From an uncultured Myxococcales bacterium (GTDB lineage Bacteria; Myxococcota_A; Polyangia; Fen-1088): a stretch of DNA of 64,000 nucleotides. Shown here piece after piece: positions 49,331 through 58,437 of this stretch. A model generated the notes under the pieces. That model was not told the DNA's origin. It worked only from the letters and a program-made list of their open reading frames with translations, and made no database searches. A program made the position numbers and the translations under genes. Location of the stretch: contig CAZYFU010000001.1 of the NCBI GenBank assembly GCA_964647025.1, positions 293 through 64,292 of the forward strand, written 5' to 3'. Numbering within the stretch: the stretch's first letter is position 1; each line of letters opens with the position of its first letter.

Positions 49331-51231
49331 CGCTCGGAGTCGCGCGTGAGGTACTTCACCGGGCGCTTGATCATCGTCCATTCGCCCGTCTGCGGATCCC
49401 GTTTGGTGTTGCAGAACGCCAGCCAGTTGGCCTGGTCCAGCGTCGGCTTGTCAGAGCGCACGTAGTAGCCGGGCCACCGGGTCTCGTCCCGGAACAGCAT
49501 GGACCGCATGTGCGCCTCGGCTTGCAGCAGGCGGTGCCGGTTCTCCCAGCAGCGCATCAGCTCGTGCAGGGTCTCGGCGCCCAGCTTGTCTGCGTCCTCG
49601 CGCAGGAAGGCCAGCATCTCCAGGCCCTTTTCGAGCTGGGTCTTGCTGGTGGCGAGCTGGGTGGACACGCCGCCCGCGTACTCGTCCATGATCTTCTGCA
49701 AGCGAGCCATCATCTGCTTCGGGCGCAGGTAGGCGGGGTTGATGTCCGGATCCGTGGTCTCCTCCTTGTGCTGCTCGAAGTTCGAGAGGGGCTTGAGCAT
49801 CTCGCCGATCATCCCCTGAACCTGAGCGTCAGAGACCGGCGCCCCCGCGCCCTTGTCGACGATGAACTGCAGCGCCGCTTTGCCGGCGATGCGCCCCTCG
49901 GTGAACGAACCCGACGAGAACTTGTGGCTGGAGGCGCCGCTGGCGTCCCCCGCCGCGAACAGCCCCTGCACGGTGGTCATGTTCGCGTAGCCCCAGAAGT
50001 ACTCGTTCTCGGTGTCGCCGGTCTGCAGATCCTTCGGCCCCGACACCCACGCGCCCGAGGCGCCCGAGTGCGATCCGATGAAGTAGGGCTCGCAGGCCAT
50101 GATCTCCGACGGCTTCTTGTCGGGCTCGACGTTGGTGGACGCCCACAAGAGCGCCTGGGCGATGGTCATGTCCAGGAAGTCCTCCCACGCCTCGCTCTCC
50201 AGCTCCTTCAGCTTCTTCTTGGCTGCCTTCTCGTCGGGCATCGACTGGCTGATCTTCTTGATCGCCTCTTCGGTGCGCATGTAGATGGGGCCCTTGCCCT
50301 TCTGGATGTCGAGCATCATGAGCCAATTGCGCAGGTTGGCCGGGGTCGGCTTGGCCTGGCCGTACGGCCCCCACTTGGTCAGCTCGGCGGCGTTGGTGGT
50401 CATGTAGTCTTCGCCGAGGGCGTTGGTGGCGAGCGACTTGAACAGCAGGAACCACGCGCCCACGGGGCCGTATGCATCCTTGAAGCGCACGGGGACGAAG
50501 CGGACTTCCTGGCAGGTCATCTCGGCACCCGCCGAGATGGTGAACGCGGCGCTGCCGGCCGAGTTGAAGGGCGGATACCACGAGCGGCCGAGGCCCTCGC
50601 CGGTGGAGCGCGGGCGGAACACGTGCACCGCGCCGCCCATGGTGGCCAGCACGGCCTTGGCCTTGAAGATATAGACCGTGTTCTCGCGGTTCGAGAAGCC
50701 GACGGCGCCCACGCAACGGCCTTCGGACATCAGCGGGTGCGTGATGAACACGCGCTCGAAGTACTGGCCACCACACTCGGCCAGCGCCTTCTTGGCGGCC
50801 TCGGCGACGATGACCTTGTACGACTCGCCGCTGATCATGACCTGCCAGCGCCCCTCGTGGACGTAGTTGCCGGCGTCATCCTTCCAGATGGGCAGGCCCC
50901 ACTTCTCGAACATGTGCACCGTGGAATCCACGTGGCGGGCGATGTTGGCCACGAGGTCCTCGCGGGTGATGCCCATCAGGTCGTTGCGCACGTAGTCGAC
51001 ATAGTCGCGCAGGGTGTTCTTCCCGCCGTTCGAGTCGAGATAGAGATTGATGGCGGACAGGCCCATGGCGACGGCACCAGATCTGTCCATGGCGGCCTTG
51101 TCCACCAAGGTGACCTTGAGCCCGTGCTTCTTCGCCCAGTGGGCGGTCTCGACCGCGGCTCCGCAAGCGGCCATACCGCCGCCGCAGATGAGGAGGTCGG
51201 TTTCGACCACGACTGTTTTGAAATCCGACAT
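49327..51231 (-). CDS. aprA: adenylylsulfate (APS) reductase alpha subunit
   Basis: Start at MSDFKTVVVETDLLICGGGMAACGAA (FAD fold) with a GGAGGA RBS. 634 aa. AprA-specific blocks conserved throughout. The upstream 121 codons of the long ORF are junk. Confidence 0.9.
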   Translation of the reverse strand: MSDFKTVVVETDLLICGGGMAACGAAVETAHWAKKHGLKVTLVDKAAMDRSGAVAMGLSAINLYLDSNGGKNTLRDYVDYVRNDLMGITREDLVANIARHVDSTVHMFEKWGLPIWKDDAGNYVHEGRWQVMISGESYKVIVAEAAKKALAECGGQYFERVFITHPLMSEGRCVGAVGFSNRENTVYIFKAKAVLATMGGAVHVFRPRSTGEGLGRSWYPPFNSAGSAAFTISAGAEMTCQEVRFVPVRFKDAYGPVGAWFLLFKSLATNALGEDYMTTNAAELTKWGPYGQAKPTPANLRNWLMMLDIQKGKGPIYMRTEEAIKKISQSMPDEKAAKKKLKELESEAWEDFLDMTIAQALLWASTNVEPDKKPSEIMACEPYFIGSHSGASGAWVSGPKDLQTGDTENEYFWGYANMTTVQGLFAAGDASGASSHKFSSGSFTEGRIAGKAALQFIVDKGAGAPVSDAQVQGMIGEMLKPLSNFEQHKEETTDPDINPAYLRPKQMMARLQKIMDEYAGGVSTQLATSKTQLEKGLEMLAFLREDADKLGAETLHELMRCWENRHRLLQAEAHMRSMLFRDETRWPGYYVRSDKPTLDQANWLAFCNTKRDPQTGEWTMIKRPVKYLTRDSER

Positions 51232-51233
51232 GA

Positions 51234-51731
51234 CTACTTTCCTCCGTTCTGCGATCGGGTCAGGGCAAGCTCCGGAAGGCCGGCGTGCTTGACGGGTCCT
51301 TGTTCCGTGTTGAGGGCCGCGGGCTCTCCGACCAAAAGCGGGCTCGACAGCTCCTCGGATGCCGTGGGGAAGTGGCCGTACGGCTCCACCTGGCCTTCGG
51401 ACACGCCCCGTCGGATGGGGAACTTGAAACGCTTGGGTCTGATCTCGGGATTGCGGAACTGCACGGTCCACATGATCTCCTCCGTGCTGCGCATGGCGCT
51501 CACGCTGGCGCCCATGGGGACGAAGTCCGAGTAGCCGCGCACCTCGATGGCCTGGTTCGGACAGAGCTTCACGCAATTGAAGCACTCCCAGCACATCACG
51601 GGGTCTCGGTTGTACGCCTTCATCTTCTGACGATCCAAGGTCATCAGATCATTGGGGCAGATGTACTGACAGGCCGTCTTGTCCAAGGCCTTGCACCCAT
51701 CACACTTGCTGGCGATGACATAACTTGGCAT
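51234..51731 (-). CDS. aprB: APS reductase beta subunit (2x[4Fe-4S])
   Basis: Start at MPSYVIASKCDGCK. Cys clusters CDGC...C...CP and CWECFNCVKLCP. 165 aa. Stop/start overlap (TGATG) with the upstream dsrP-like gene. Confidence 0.88.
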   Translation of the reverse strand: MPSYVIASKCDGCKALDKTACQYICPNDLMTLDRQKMKAYNRDPVMCWECFNCVKLCPNQAIEVRGYSDFVPMGASVSAMRSTEEIMWTVQFRNPEIRPKRFKFPIRRGVSEGQVEPYGHFPTASEELSSPLLVGEPAALNTEQGPVKHAGLPELALTRSQNGGK

Positions 51732-52963
51732 CAGGTCTCCATTGGCGCGGCCCCTGCCATGCCCGGTTGGCGCGCGGTTGAGGGTGGTTGTTGTTCTGCA
51801 TGGACTGAAACAGGCACGCTTGCCTGGGCGATCGCGAAGATGGGACGGGCGAGCAGGAACGCCAAAGCACCGCCGGCGTAGATGCCGACGACGATGGCGA
51901 CCTCGGGCAAACTCGGCCGGTAGTCGCTGACATAGCCGAGCGGCGACGGAACGAAACCGGAGGTGACCAGGCAAAGTCCTTTGTCGACGAGGACCGAGAC
52001 GAGAATCGAAGCCGTGGCGACGGTCGCGAGCGCCGGACGGCGCCGAAGGGCCGGCACCAACAGCACGACCAGCGCGAACAGAAGCAGACCCCAGGAGAGG
52101 TAGTTGAAGGCGAGAAGTCCGTTGTGGCCGTCGAGCCCCAAGAAGAGGTATGCGAGGTGCTCCCGCGCATCCGGAACTCCGGAGTACAGCGCGGTGAACG
52201 CCTCCAGCCCTGCCAACAGCAGGCTCAGGACGGCGGCGTAGGTCATGACCACCGAGAGCCGCACGATGGCCTCACGGCCGACATCGAACACCTTGGCGCG
52301 TGCCAAGGCCCCGGCGAGCAGGATCAACAAGGCCGGCCCCGATGCGAAGGCCGTTGCCAAAAAGCGCGGCGCCAGCACCGCCGTCATCCACGCGGGCCGG
52401 GCCGACAGCCCCGCGTAGAGCAGCGCCGTCACCACGTGGATACCAATGGCCCAAGGAATGGTGGCGAGCGCCAAGCCTCGTGCCCACTTCGCCGACGAGG
52501 GCCCGCGCGAGAACAGGGCCAGGAAGAGACCGACGACCGACAGCCCGAGATAGCCCGTCAACGTCAGACAGTCCCAGAACATCAAGGACGACGGCGACGG
52601 GTAGAGCAGGATGTTGAGCAGCCGCCGCGGCTGACCGAGATCCACGAAGATGCACGACAGCGCCTGGCAGAGCGCGATGATGGCGACCACCTCTCCCAAA
52701 ATCAGCGCCCGAGCGAACACCTTCTGGCGGTGCACGTAGTACGGCAGCAGCACCGTGACCGCCGACGCCCCGATGCCCACCAGGAAGGTGAACTGCGCGA
52801 TGTAGAGCCCCCAGGGTACGTCGCGCGAGAGGCCCGTCACGCCGAGGCCATCGCGGCTCTGCACGGCGTACGCGACCGCGCCAAGCAGGGCCAGAAGGAA
52901 CAGCACCGCCATCGCGACTCGACCGAACGTGCGGGTAGGCGTTTGTTGCGGCATCGGCGTCAC
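51731..52963 (-). CDS. NrfD/PsrC-family integral membrane protein (DsrP-like quinone-interacting subunit)
   Basis: 410 aa, about 10 TM helices, NrfD-family architecture. It is coupled (ATGA) to the upstream FeS subunit gene. Confidence 0.75.
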   Translation of the reverse strand: MTPMPQQTPTRTFGRVAMAVLFLLALLGAVAYAVQSRDGLGVTGLSRDVPWGLYIAQFTFLVGIGASAVTVLLPYYVHRQKVFARALILGEVVAIIALCQALSCIFVDLGQPRRLLNILLYPSPSSLMFWDCLTLTGYLGLSVVGLFLALFSRGPSSAKWARGLALATIPWAIGIHVVTALLYAGLSARPAWMTAVLAPRFLATAFASGPALLILLAGALARAKVFDVGREAIVRLSVVMTYAAVLSLLLAGLEAFTALYSGVPDAREHLAYLFLGLDGHNGLLAFNYLSWGLLLFALVVLLVPALRRRPALATVATASILVSVLVDKGLCLVTSGFVPSPLGYVSDYRPSLPEVAIVVGIYAGGALAFLLARPIFAIAQASVPVSVHAEQQPPSTARQPGMAGAAPMET

Positions 52964-53745
52964 AGCAGATAGAAGATGCTCGGTTCGGTGCCGAGCCCGG
53001 GCTTACGGCGCAGCACCTGACGGGACGCCAAGAGCTGCCTGAGCGGTGAGCTGGCGTCCTCCAGATTGCCGAAGGTCAGCGCCGCCGTTCCACGCACGCG
53101 ACAAGTGTCCACGCACAAGGGGATCTGCCCTGCGTCCAGCCGCTCCACGCACAGGTTGCACTTCTCGACCACTCCCGCGGTTCGCGCGGGATAGTTGTTC
53201 GCGGTCTGTTCGGGCTTCGGATTCTCCCAATTGAAGCTGCGGGCACCGAAGGGGCACGCGGTCATGCAGTAGCGGCAACCGATGCAACGATGCGCATCCA
53301 TCGCCACCACGCCATCGCTGCGGCGCCAAGTCGCTTGCGTGGGGCACACCCGGGTGCAAGGGGCGTTCGTGCAGTGGTTGCACAGCACCAGCACGGGCAT
53401 CTGCCGACGAGCATCGCTGTCGTAGGGATGGGCTTGCTCGGGGAAGACACGAGCATAGTGCTCCTTCCATAACCACTTGATCTCGTGTTTGGGATCCGCC
53501 ATCACCGGCACCCGGTGGGCAGCGTGGCAGGCGTCGATACAGGCCCGACACCCCGACTGGCTGGCGCAGCGACCGAGGTCGACGGCCATTCCCCAGCGCG
53601 GGATCGCCCGCCCCGCGACGCTTGCCAGCCCCGTGCGCGACGAGACCCCCGTGACCGCCGCCGCCCCCAGCGCGGCCCCACCTGCGGTCAGCAGAGCCCG
53701 CCGGCTGAGCTCGCACGTCTCGAGCGGTCCTTGGGCCCGCTTCAT
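52960..53745 (-). CDS. periplasmic 4x[4Fe-4S] ferredoxin subunit with Tat signal (DsrO/PsrB/HmcB-like)
   Basis: Twin-arginine motif SRRALLTAGGAALGAAAV. Four Cys clusters: CASQSGCRACIDAC, CNHCTNAPCTRVCP, CIGCRYCMTACP, CNLCVE...CVDTC. Start taken at MKRAQGPL. Confidence 0.75.
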   Translation of the reverse strand: MKRAQGPLETCELSRRALLTAGGAALGAAAVTGVSSRTGLASVAGRAIPRWGMAVDLGRCASQSGCRACIDACHAAHRVPVMADPKHEIKWLWKEHYARVFPEQAHPYDSDARRQMPVLVLCNHCTNAPCTRVCPTQATWRRSDGVVAMDAHRCIGCRYCMTACPFGARSFNWENPKPEQTANNYPARTAGVVEKCNLCVERLDAGQIPLCVDTCRVRGTAALTFGNLEDASSPLRQLLASRQVLRRKPGLGTEPSIFYLL

Positions 53746-53801
53746 CGCTTGCGCTCCAGCGCTCGTCGGCATCGGCACACGTGCACGCCCGCTGGCACAG
53801 C

Positions 53802-53817
53802 ACAAACCGTGCCGATC
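53802..53817 (-). promoter_or_regulatory. candidate sigma-54 (-24/-12) promoter for the dsrO-like..qmo operon
   Basis: The minus strand reads cGGCACG-gttt-gTGCt, close to the TGGCACG-N4-TTGCW consensus, with -12 GC and -24 GG at the correct spacing. It lies about 60 nt upstream of the start at 53745. Confidence 0.3.
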
Positions 53818-54189
53818 TCACGCCCTGCTTGGATGCGGCGAATTCGCGCGATTTGGCACCGTCCGAAAAGGCCGAACGGCCCGTCCCATCATATTTACTG
53901 GGCCGCTCCCATCAAATAGCCTGGCTCGCCGAAGACCGCCGTTCAGGGCGAGACGGGGTCGATGATCGCGAACAGCGATCCCGTCGCGAGCAAGACGTAC
54001 TCGACCAGATTGCGCATGATTCTCCCAAGTATGGATTGCCTTCGGCGCTCGTCCTGGAACGCCACACCAGCAAATGTCACGGGCTCATCCGTGGTCCTCG
54101 GGCCGGGCTCGGCGAAGCGCGCGCAGCAGGGTACGCGTTTTCCAGCGTTCCAATGCCGAATTGCGCTTTTCCCCTTCTCGCTGGATATG

Positions 54190-54205
54190 CGGCACGGCGT
54201 TTGCT
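54190..54205 (+). promoter_or_regulatory. candidate sigma-54 (-24/-12) promoter upstream of dsrA
   Basis: cGGCACG-GCGT-TTGCT matches TGGCACG-N4-TTGCW except for the first T. It lies about 25 nt upstream of the dsrA GTG at 54230. Confidence 0.35.
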
Positions 54206-54229
54206 GTGCGCAGGTAGCCGAGAAATCCC

Positions 54230-55408
54230 GTGAGCAAAGACAGCAAGACTCCCAAGGTCGATGAGCTCGAGTCCGGTCCCTGGCCGAGCTTCGTCAGAGA
54301 GATCAGAAGAAGCGCCGACAACCCGATGTCGGCTGACCTGTTGGGCGTCCTCGAACGCTCCTACAACGAGAAGATCGGGCACTGGAAACACGGCGGCCTG
54401 GTTGGCGTGAAAGGCTACGGCGGCGGCGTGATCGGCCGGTACAACGACCTCAGCGCCGAGTTCCCCGAGGCGGCCGAGTTCCACACCGTGCGAATCAATC
54501 CCCCGGCCGGCTGGTTCTACACCTCGGACGTGATCCGCAAGCTGTGCGACATCTGGGAAAGGCACGGCTCGGGCCTGACCAATTTCCACGGCGCCACGGG
54601 GGATGCCGTCTTCCTCGGCGCCAAGACCAGCGAGCTCGAACCGCTCTTCGACGAACTGCTGGCGGCCGGCTTCGATCTCGGCGGCTCCGGGTCGGCGCTT
54701 CGCACGCCGAGCTGCTGCGCCGGCAAGGCCCGTTGCGAGTGGGCCTGCTTCGACACGATGGACGTCACGCAGGAGATGACCCAGTCGTTCCAAGACGAGA
54801 TGCACCGCCCGGCGTTCCCATACAAGTTCAAGATCAAGGCGTCGGGGTGCCCCAACGATTGCGTGGGCGCCATCGCGCGCTCGGATCTCTCCATCATCGG
54901 GACCTGGCGTGACGACATCCAGATCGACCAAGCGGCCTTCGCCAAGTACGTCGCCGACGACAAGATCGACATTCAGCGCGACGTGATCGATCGATGCCCC
55001 ACCCGATGCATGAAGCTCGCCGGGGCCGAGCTTGCCATCGACAACGATGAGTGCGCCAAGTGCATGCATTGTATCAACGCCCTGCCGAACGCCCTCTCGC
55101 CCGGCAAGGACCGTGGCGCCATGCTGCTCGTCGGAGGGAAAGCCCCCATCCTCGGCGGTGCGCTGCTCTCGTCGGTGCTGGTTCCGTTCATCAAGCTCGA
55201 GGCCCCGTACGATGACATCAAGGAGCTCCTGACCGCGGTCTGGGACCTCTGGGCCGAGCACGGCAAACACCGCGAGCGGGTCGGCGAGTTCATCCAACGC
55301 ATTGGCCTGGCCAACTTCCTCGAACAAATCGGTCTCGACCCGCAGCCCGAGATGGTGGCGCACCCGAGAACCAACCCGTACATCGCCCACCGCGAGGACA
55401 AACCATGA
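54230..55408 (+). CDS. dsrA: dissimilatory sulfite reductase alpha subunit
   Basis: 392 aa. Siroheme/FeS-binding blocks ([17 protein letters not shown]; CP.RC...C) and a ferredoxin insert ([12 protein letters not shown]). Confidence 0.88.
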   Translation: MSKDSKTPKVDELESGPWPSFVREIRRSADNPMSADLLGVLERSYNEKIGHWKHGGLVGVKGYGGGVIGRYNDLSAEFPEAAEFHTVRINPPAGWFYTSDVIRKLCDIWERHGSGLTNFHGATGDAVFLGAKTSELEPLFDELLAAGFDLGGSGSALRTPSCCAGKARCEWACFDTMDVTQEMTQSFQDEMHRPAFPYKFKIKASGCPNDCVGAIARSDLSIIGTWRDDIQIDQAAFAKYVADDKIDIQRDVIDRCPTRCMKLAGAELAIDNDECAKCMHCINALPNALSPGKDRGAMLLVGGKAPILGGALLSSVLVPFIKLEAPYDDIKELLTAVWDLWAEHGKHRERVGEFIQRIGLANFLEQIGLDPQPEMVAHPRTNPYIAHREDKP

Positions 55409-56511
55409 GCGCTTCCCCCACCGGCAAACGCAAGACCGACATCGGCGCCCCCGACTACCGCAAGTTCCTTCCGCCCGTGATCGCGCGCAACTATGGACAG
55501 TGGGTTCGCCACGAGATCCCGCGCCCCGGCGTCCTGGTCCACACGGCCGAGTCCGGCGAGAAGCTCTTCACGGTGCGCGCCGGCTCGCCACGTCTGCTCA
55601 GCACGAAGACACTGCGCCTGTTCGCCGACCTGGCCGACCAGTTCTCGCAGGGCTTCTTCCGCTTCACCAGCCGCAACAACGTCGAGTTCCTCCTGGCTGA
55701 CGAAAGCAAGGTCGAGCCGCTGATCGCGCGCCTCGCGGCCGAGGGCTATCCCGTCGGCGGCACCGGCCCCTCGATCACCAGCATCGTGCACACGCAGGGC
55801 TGGGTTCACTGCCATTCGGCGGCGTCCGACGCGTCCGGCGTGGTCAAGTCGGTGATGGACGAGCTGTTCCCGTATTTCGGCAGCATGAAGCTTCCGGCCC
55901 GCATCCGCATCGCGTTCGCCTGCTGCCTGAACATGTGCGGCGCGGTTCACTGCTCTGACATCGCCATCCTGGGCCTGCACCGCAAGCCGCCCAAGATCAA
56001 CCACGGAACCCTGTTCAAGACCTGCGAGATCCCGACCACGGTCGCATCGTGCCCCACCGGCGCAGTTCGCCCGGTCACCGTCGACGGCAAGCCCTCGCTA
56101 GAGGTCATCGAAGGCCAGTGCGTGTTCTGCGGCAACTGCTACACCGTGTGCCCGTCCATGCCGCTCAACGATCCCGAAGACGGGGTGTCGATCTGGGTCG
56201 GCGGCAAGGTCTCGAACGCCCGCAGCGAGCCCATGTTCTCCAAGCTCGCCATTCCGTTCATACCCAACAATCCGCCGCGCTGGCCCGAGGTGACCGCTGC
56301 GGTCAGGGCCATCGTCGAGCTGTACGCCGCCCACGCGCGGCCATTCGAGCGCATGGGCGAGTGGATCGGCCGTATCGGCTGGCCGCGCTTCTTCCGCATG
56401 GCCGACATTCCTTTCACCCGCGACCACATCGACGACTTCACGCACGCCGGAGAGACCTACAAGCGGTCGACCCAGCTTCGGCGTTCACCTGCCTGGAACG
56501 GTGGAGGCTAG
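55405..56511 (+). CDS. dsrB: dissimilatory sulfite reductase beta subunit
   Basis: 368 aa. The [13 protein letters not shown] and CPTGA...[10 protein letters not shown] motifs are present. ATGA overlap with dsrA. Confidence 0.88.
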   Translation: MSASPTGKRKTDIGAPDYRKFLPPVIARNYGQWVRHEIPRPGVLVHTAESGEKLFTVRAGSPRLLSTKTLRLFADLADQFSQGFFRFTSRNNVEFLLADESKVEPLIARLAAEGYPVGGTGPSITSIVHTQGWVHCHSAASDASGVVKSVMDELFPYFGSMKLPARIRIAFACCLNMCGAVHCSDIAILGLHRKPPKINHGTLFKTCEIPTTVASCPTGAVRPVTVDGKPSLEVIEGQCVFCGNCYTVCPSMPLNDPEDGVSIWVGGKVSNARSEPMFSKLAIPFIPNNPPRWPEVTAAVRAIVELYAAHARPFERMGEWIGRIGWPRFFRMADIPFTRDHIDDFTHAGETYKRSTQLRRSPAWNGGG

Positions 56512-56514
56512 CCC

Positions 56515-56748
56515 ATGGAGAACCTGACCGCAGAAGCACTCGCCGACGCCATGTACGCCATGGTCAAGGACTGCCACGGCAAGCGCCAGCTCAAGCCTCT
56601 CGATCTGACCAAGGCCATGATGGAACGCTTCGGCGAGGGCTGCGACAAGAGCCTGTGCAAAGAGGCCATCCGGCTGCTCATCGACGACGAGCGCTGCACC
56701 TATTCCTACGCGGGCGGCAGCTACATCGTTCTTCCTCCGGAGAAGTAG
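56515..56748 (+). CDS. dsrD: DsrD (small winged-helix protein of reductive-type dsr operons)
   Basis: 77 aa, located immediately after dsrB. The C-terminal pattern LLIDDERCTYSYAGGSYIVL resembles DsrD's ...L..DevleYwSSGSTtmY. Confidence 0.7.
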   Translation: MENLTAEALADAMYAMVKDCHGKRQLKPLDLTKAMMERFGEGCDKSLCKEAIRLLIDDERCTYSYAGGSYIVLPPEK

Positions 56749-56751
56749 GCT

Positions 56752-58434
56752 ATGGCGCTGCTGCGAAAGAAGGAGGGCACGAAGCCGCTGCAGTTTCGCA
56801 CCAGCGCGCCGTCCAGCAGCGCGGTCTCCACGCTGCGCCCCCGGCGCACCCCCAAGTCGAGCCCCTGCCAGTCCTCTTGCCTGGCCGGGACCGACGTGCG
56901 CGGCGTGGTGGCTCTGCTCGCGCAGCGAGAGAAGCTGGGGCTGACGGTCGACCAGGCCTGCGAGCGCGCGTTCGCCCTGATCGCCGAGACCAATCCCTTC
57001 CCCGCCACGACGGGCCGCATCTGCCCCCATCGCTGCGAGGAGAACTGCAGTCGCCATCAGAAGGACGGCGGCGTTGCCGTCGGCACCATCGAGCGCTTCA
57101 TCGGAGACTTTGCCCTAGAGCATGGTCTAGCCTTGCCCGGCGGCCCGGCCTCCCCGACCCAGACCGAGAGAGTAGCGATCATCGGAGCCGGACCAGCCGG
57201 GCTTTCTTGCGCCTACCAGCTCGTGCGTCGCGGGTACGCATGCACGTTGTTCGAGGGCATGCCACAGCCCGGCGGCATGCTCCGGTACGGCATCCCGTCG
57301 TACAGACTTCCCGCGCACGTCTTCGAGGGTGAGATCGACCGCATCCTTCAGCTCGGGGTCGAGCTGCGAACGCGAACCATGATCGGTCGTGACGTCAGCT
57401 TGGACGAGCTTCGCCAGCAGTTCGCCGCCGTGTTCGTCGCCCCCGGTGCGGCGGTCAGCCGCGCAGTCGACATCCCGGGCGCGAAAGGCGCCTGTGTCTT
57501 CAGGGCCGTGGATTTCCTGCGCGACGTCGCCAGGCATGCCCCTCCAGGCCTCGGTCGTCACGTGGTCGTGGTGGGCGGGGGAAACACCGCCATCGACGCG
57601 GCCCGGGTGTCCGCACGCCTGCTCGGAGGGCACGGTGAGATCACCCTGCTTCGGCAGGAGAACGAAACCGTAGACGAGGATCTTCGCGACGCCATGGAGG
57701 AGGGCGTCTCGGTGGAGTTCCTGTCGACGTTGGACTCGGTGGTCCGCGACGCCATGGGCGGCATCGATCACGTCGTCATCCAGCGCATCGAGTTGGGAGA
57801 GAAGGACGGAAATGGCTTCCCGACGCTGATCCCCTTGGCTGGCAAGAGCTACGAGCTGCGCGCCGATGCCGTCATCCTGGCGCTGGGACAGAAGCCCAAC
57901 GTGAGCCCGATCTTCCACGAGAACCCCGACCAGTACGAGCCCGACGCCACGGGGAAGACCAAGGCGGCGCGGGTGTGGCGTGGCGGCGACGCGGTCACTC
58001 CCAGCTTCGCCGCGGTGGTCATCGGCCAGGGTCGCCAGGTTGCGTTGTCCATCGACGCCGAGCTGCGAGGCCGTCCGCTCGAAGAACCGGCCAAGCTGCC
58101 CGACCTGGCCACGAGCCGGCTCAAGCTCGAGTGCTACGATCGGATGCCGAGGCTCGGCCGGCGGCTCATTCCGGTGCGAGAGCGCCTCGCGGATCTGCAA
58201 AGCGAGATCGAGCCCGGCTACGAGCCCACCGCGGTGTTGCGAGAAGCCGCTCGCTGTCTGTCGTGCGGCAACTGCTTCGGCTGCGAGCGCTGCTGGATGT
58301 ACTGCACGCCCGGCTGCTTCTCGAAGGTCGCAAAGACGGAACCAGGAACCTACTTCACCATCAACCTCGAGAAATGCGACGGCTGCCGCAAGTGCGCCGA
58401 AGAGTGTCCGTCGAGCTTCTTGGAAATGGGCTGA
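56752..58434 (+). CDS. dsrL: GltD-family NAD(P)H:acceptor oxidoreductase with C-terminal ferredoxin domain (DsrL-like)
   Basis: FAD fold (VAIIGAGPAGLSCA) and NAD(P) fold (VVVVGGGNTAIDAA) are present. N-terminal Cys cluster (CPHRCEENC) and C-terminal 2x4Fe-4S (CLSCGNCFGCERC; CDGCRKCAEECP). Position within the dsr operon supports the call. Confidence 0.7.
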   Translation: MALLRKKEGTKPLQFRTSAPSSSAVSTLRPRRTPKSSPCQSSCLAGTDVRGVVALLAQREKLGLTVDQACERAFALIAETNPFPATTGRICPHRCEENCSRHQKDGGVAVGTIERFIGDFALEHGLALPGGPASPTQTERVAIIGAGPAGLSCAYQLVRRGYACTLFEGMPQPGGMLRYGIPSYRLPAHVFEGEIDRILQLGVELRTRTMIGRDVSLDELRQQFAAVFVAPGAAVSRAVDIPGAKGACVFRAVDFLRDVARHAPPGLGRHVVVVGGGNTAIDAARVSARLLGGHGEITLLRQENETVDEDLRDAMEEGVSVEFLSTLDSVVRDAMGGIDHVVIQRIELGEKDGNGFPTLIPLAGKSYELRADAVILALGQKPNVSPIFHENPDQYEPDATGKTKAARVWRGGDAVTPSFAAVVIGQGRQVALSIDAELRGRPLEEPAKLPDLATSRLKLECYDRMPRLGRRLIPVRERLADLQSEIEPGYEPTAVLREAARCLSCGNCFGCERCWMYCTPGCFSKVAKTEPGTYFTINLEKCDGCRKCAEECPSSFLEMG

Positions 58435-58437
58435 CCC

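Noticed and set aside
45076-51534. Plus-strand ORFs 45076..45831, 45812..46882, 46916..47968, 48278..49465, 49306..51534 across qmo/apr
   Set aside because: All are antisense to QmoC/B/A and AprA, which carry clear cofactor motifs. They are ghost ORFs.
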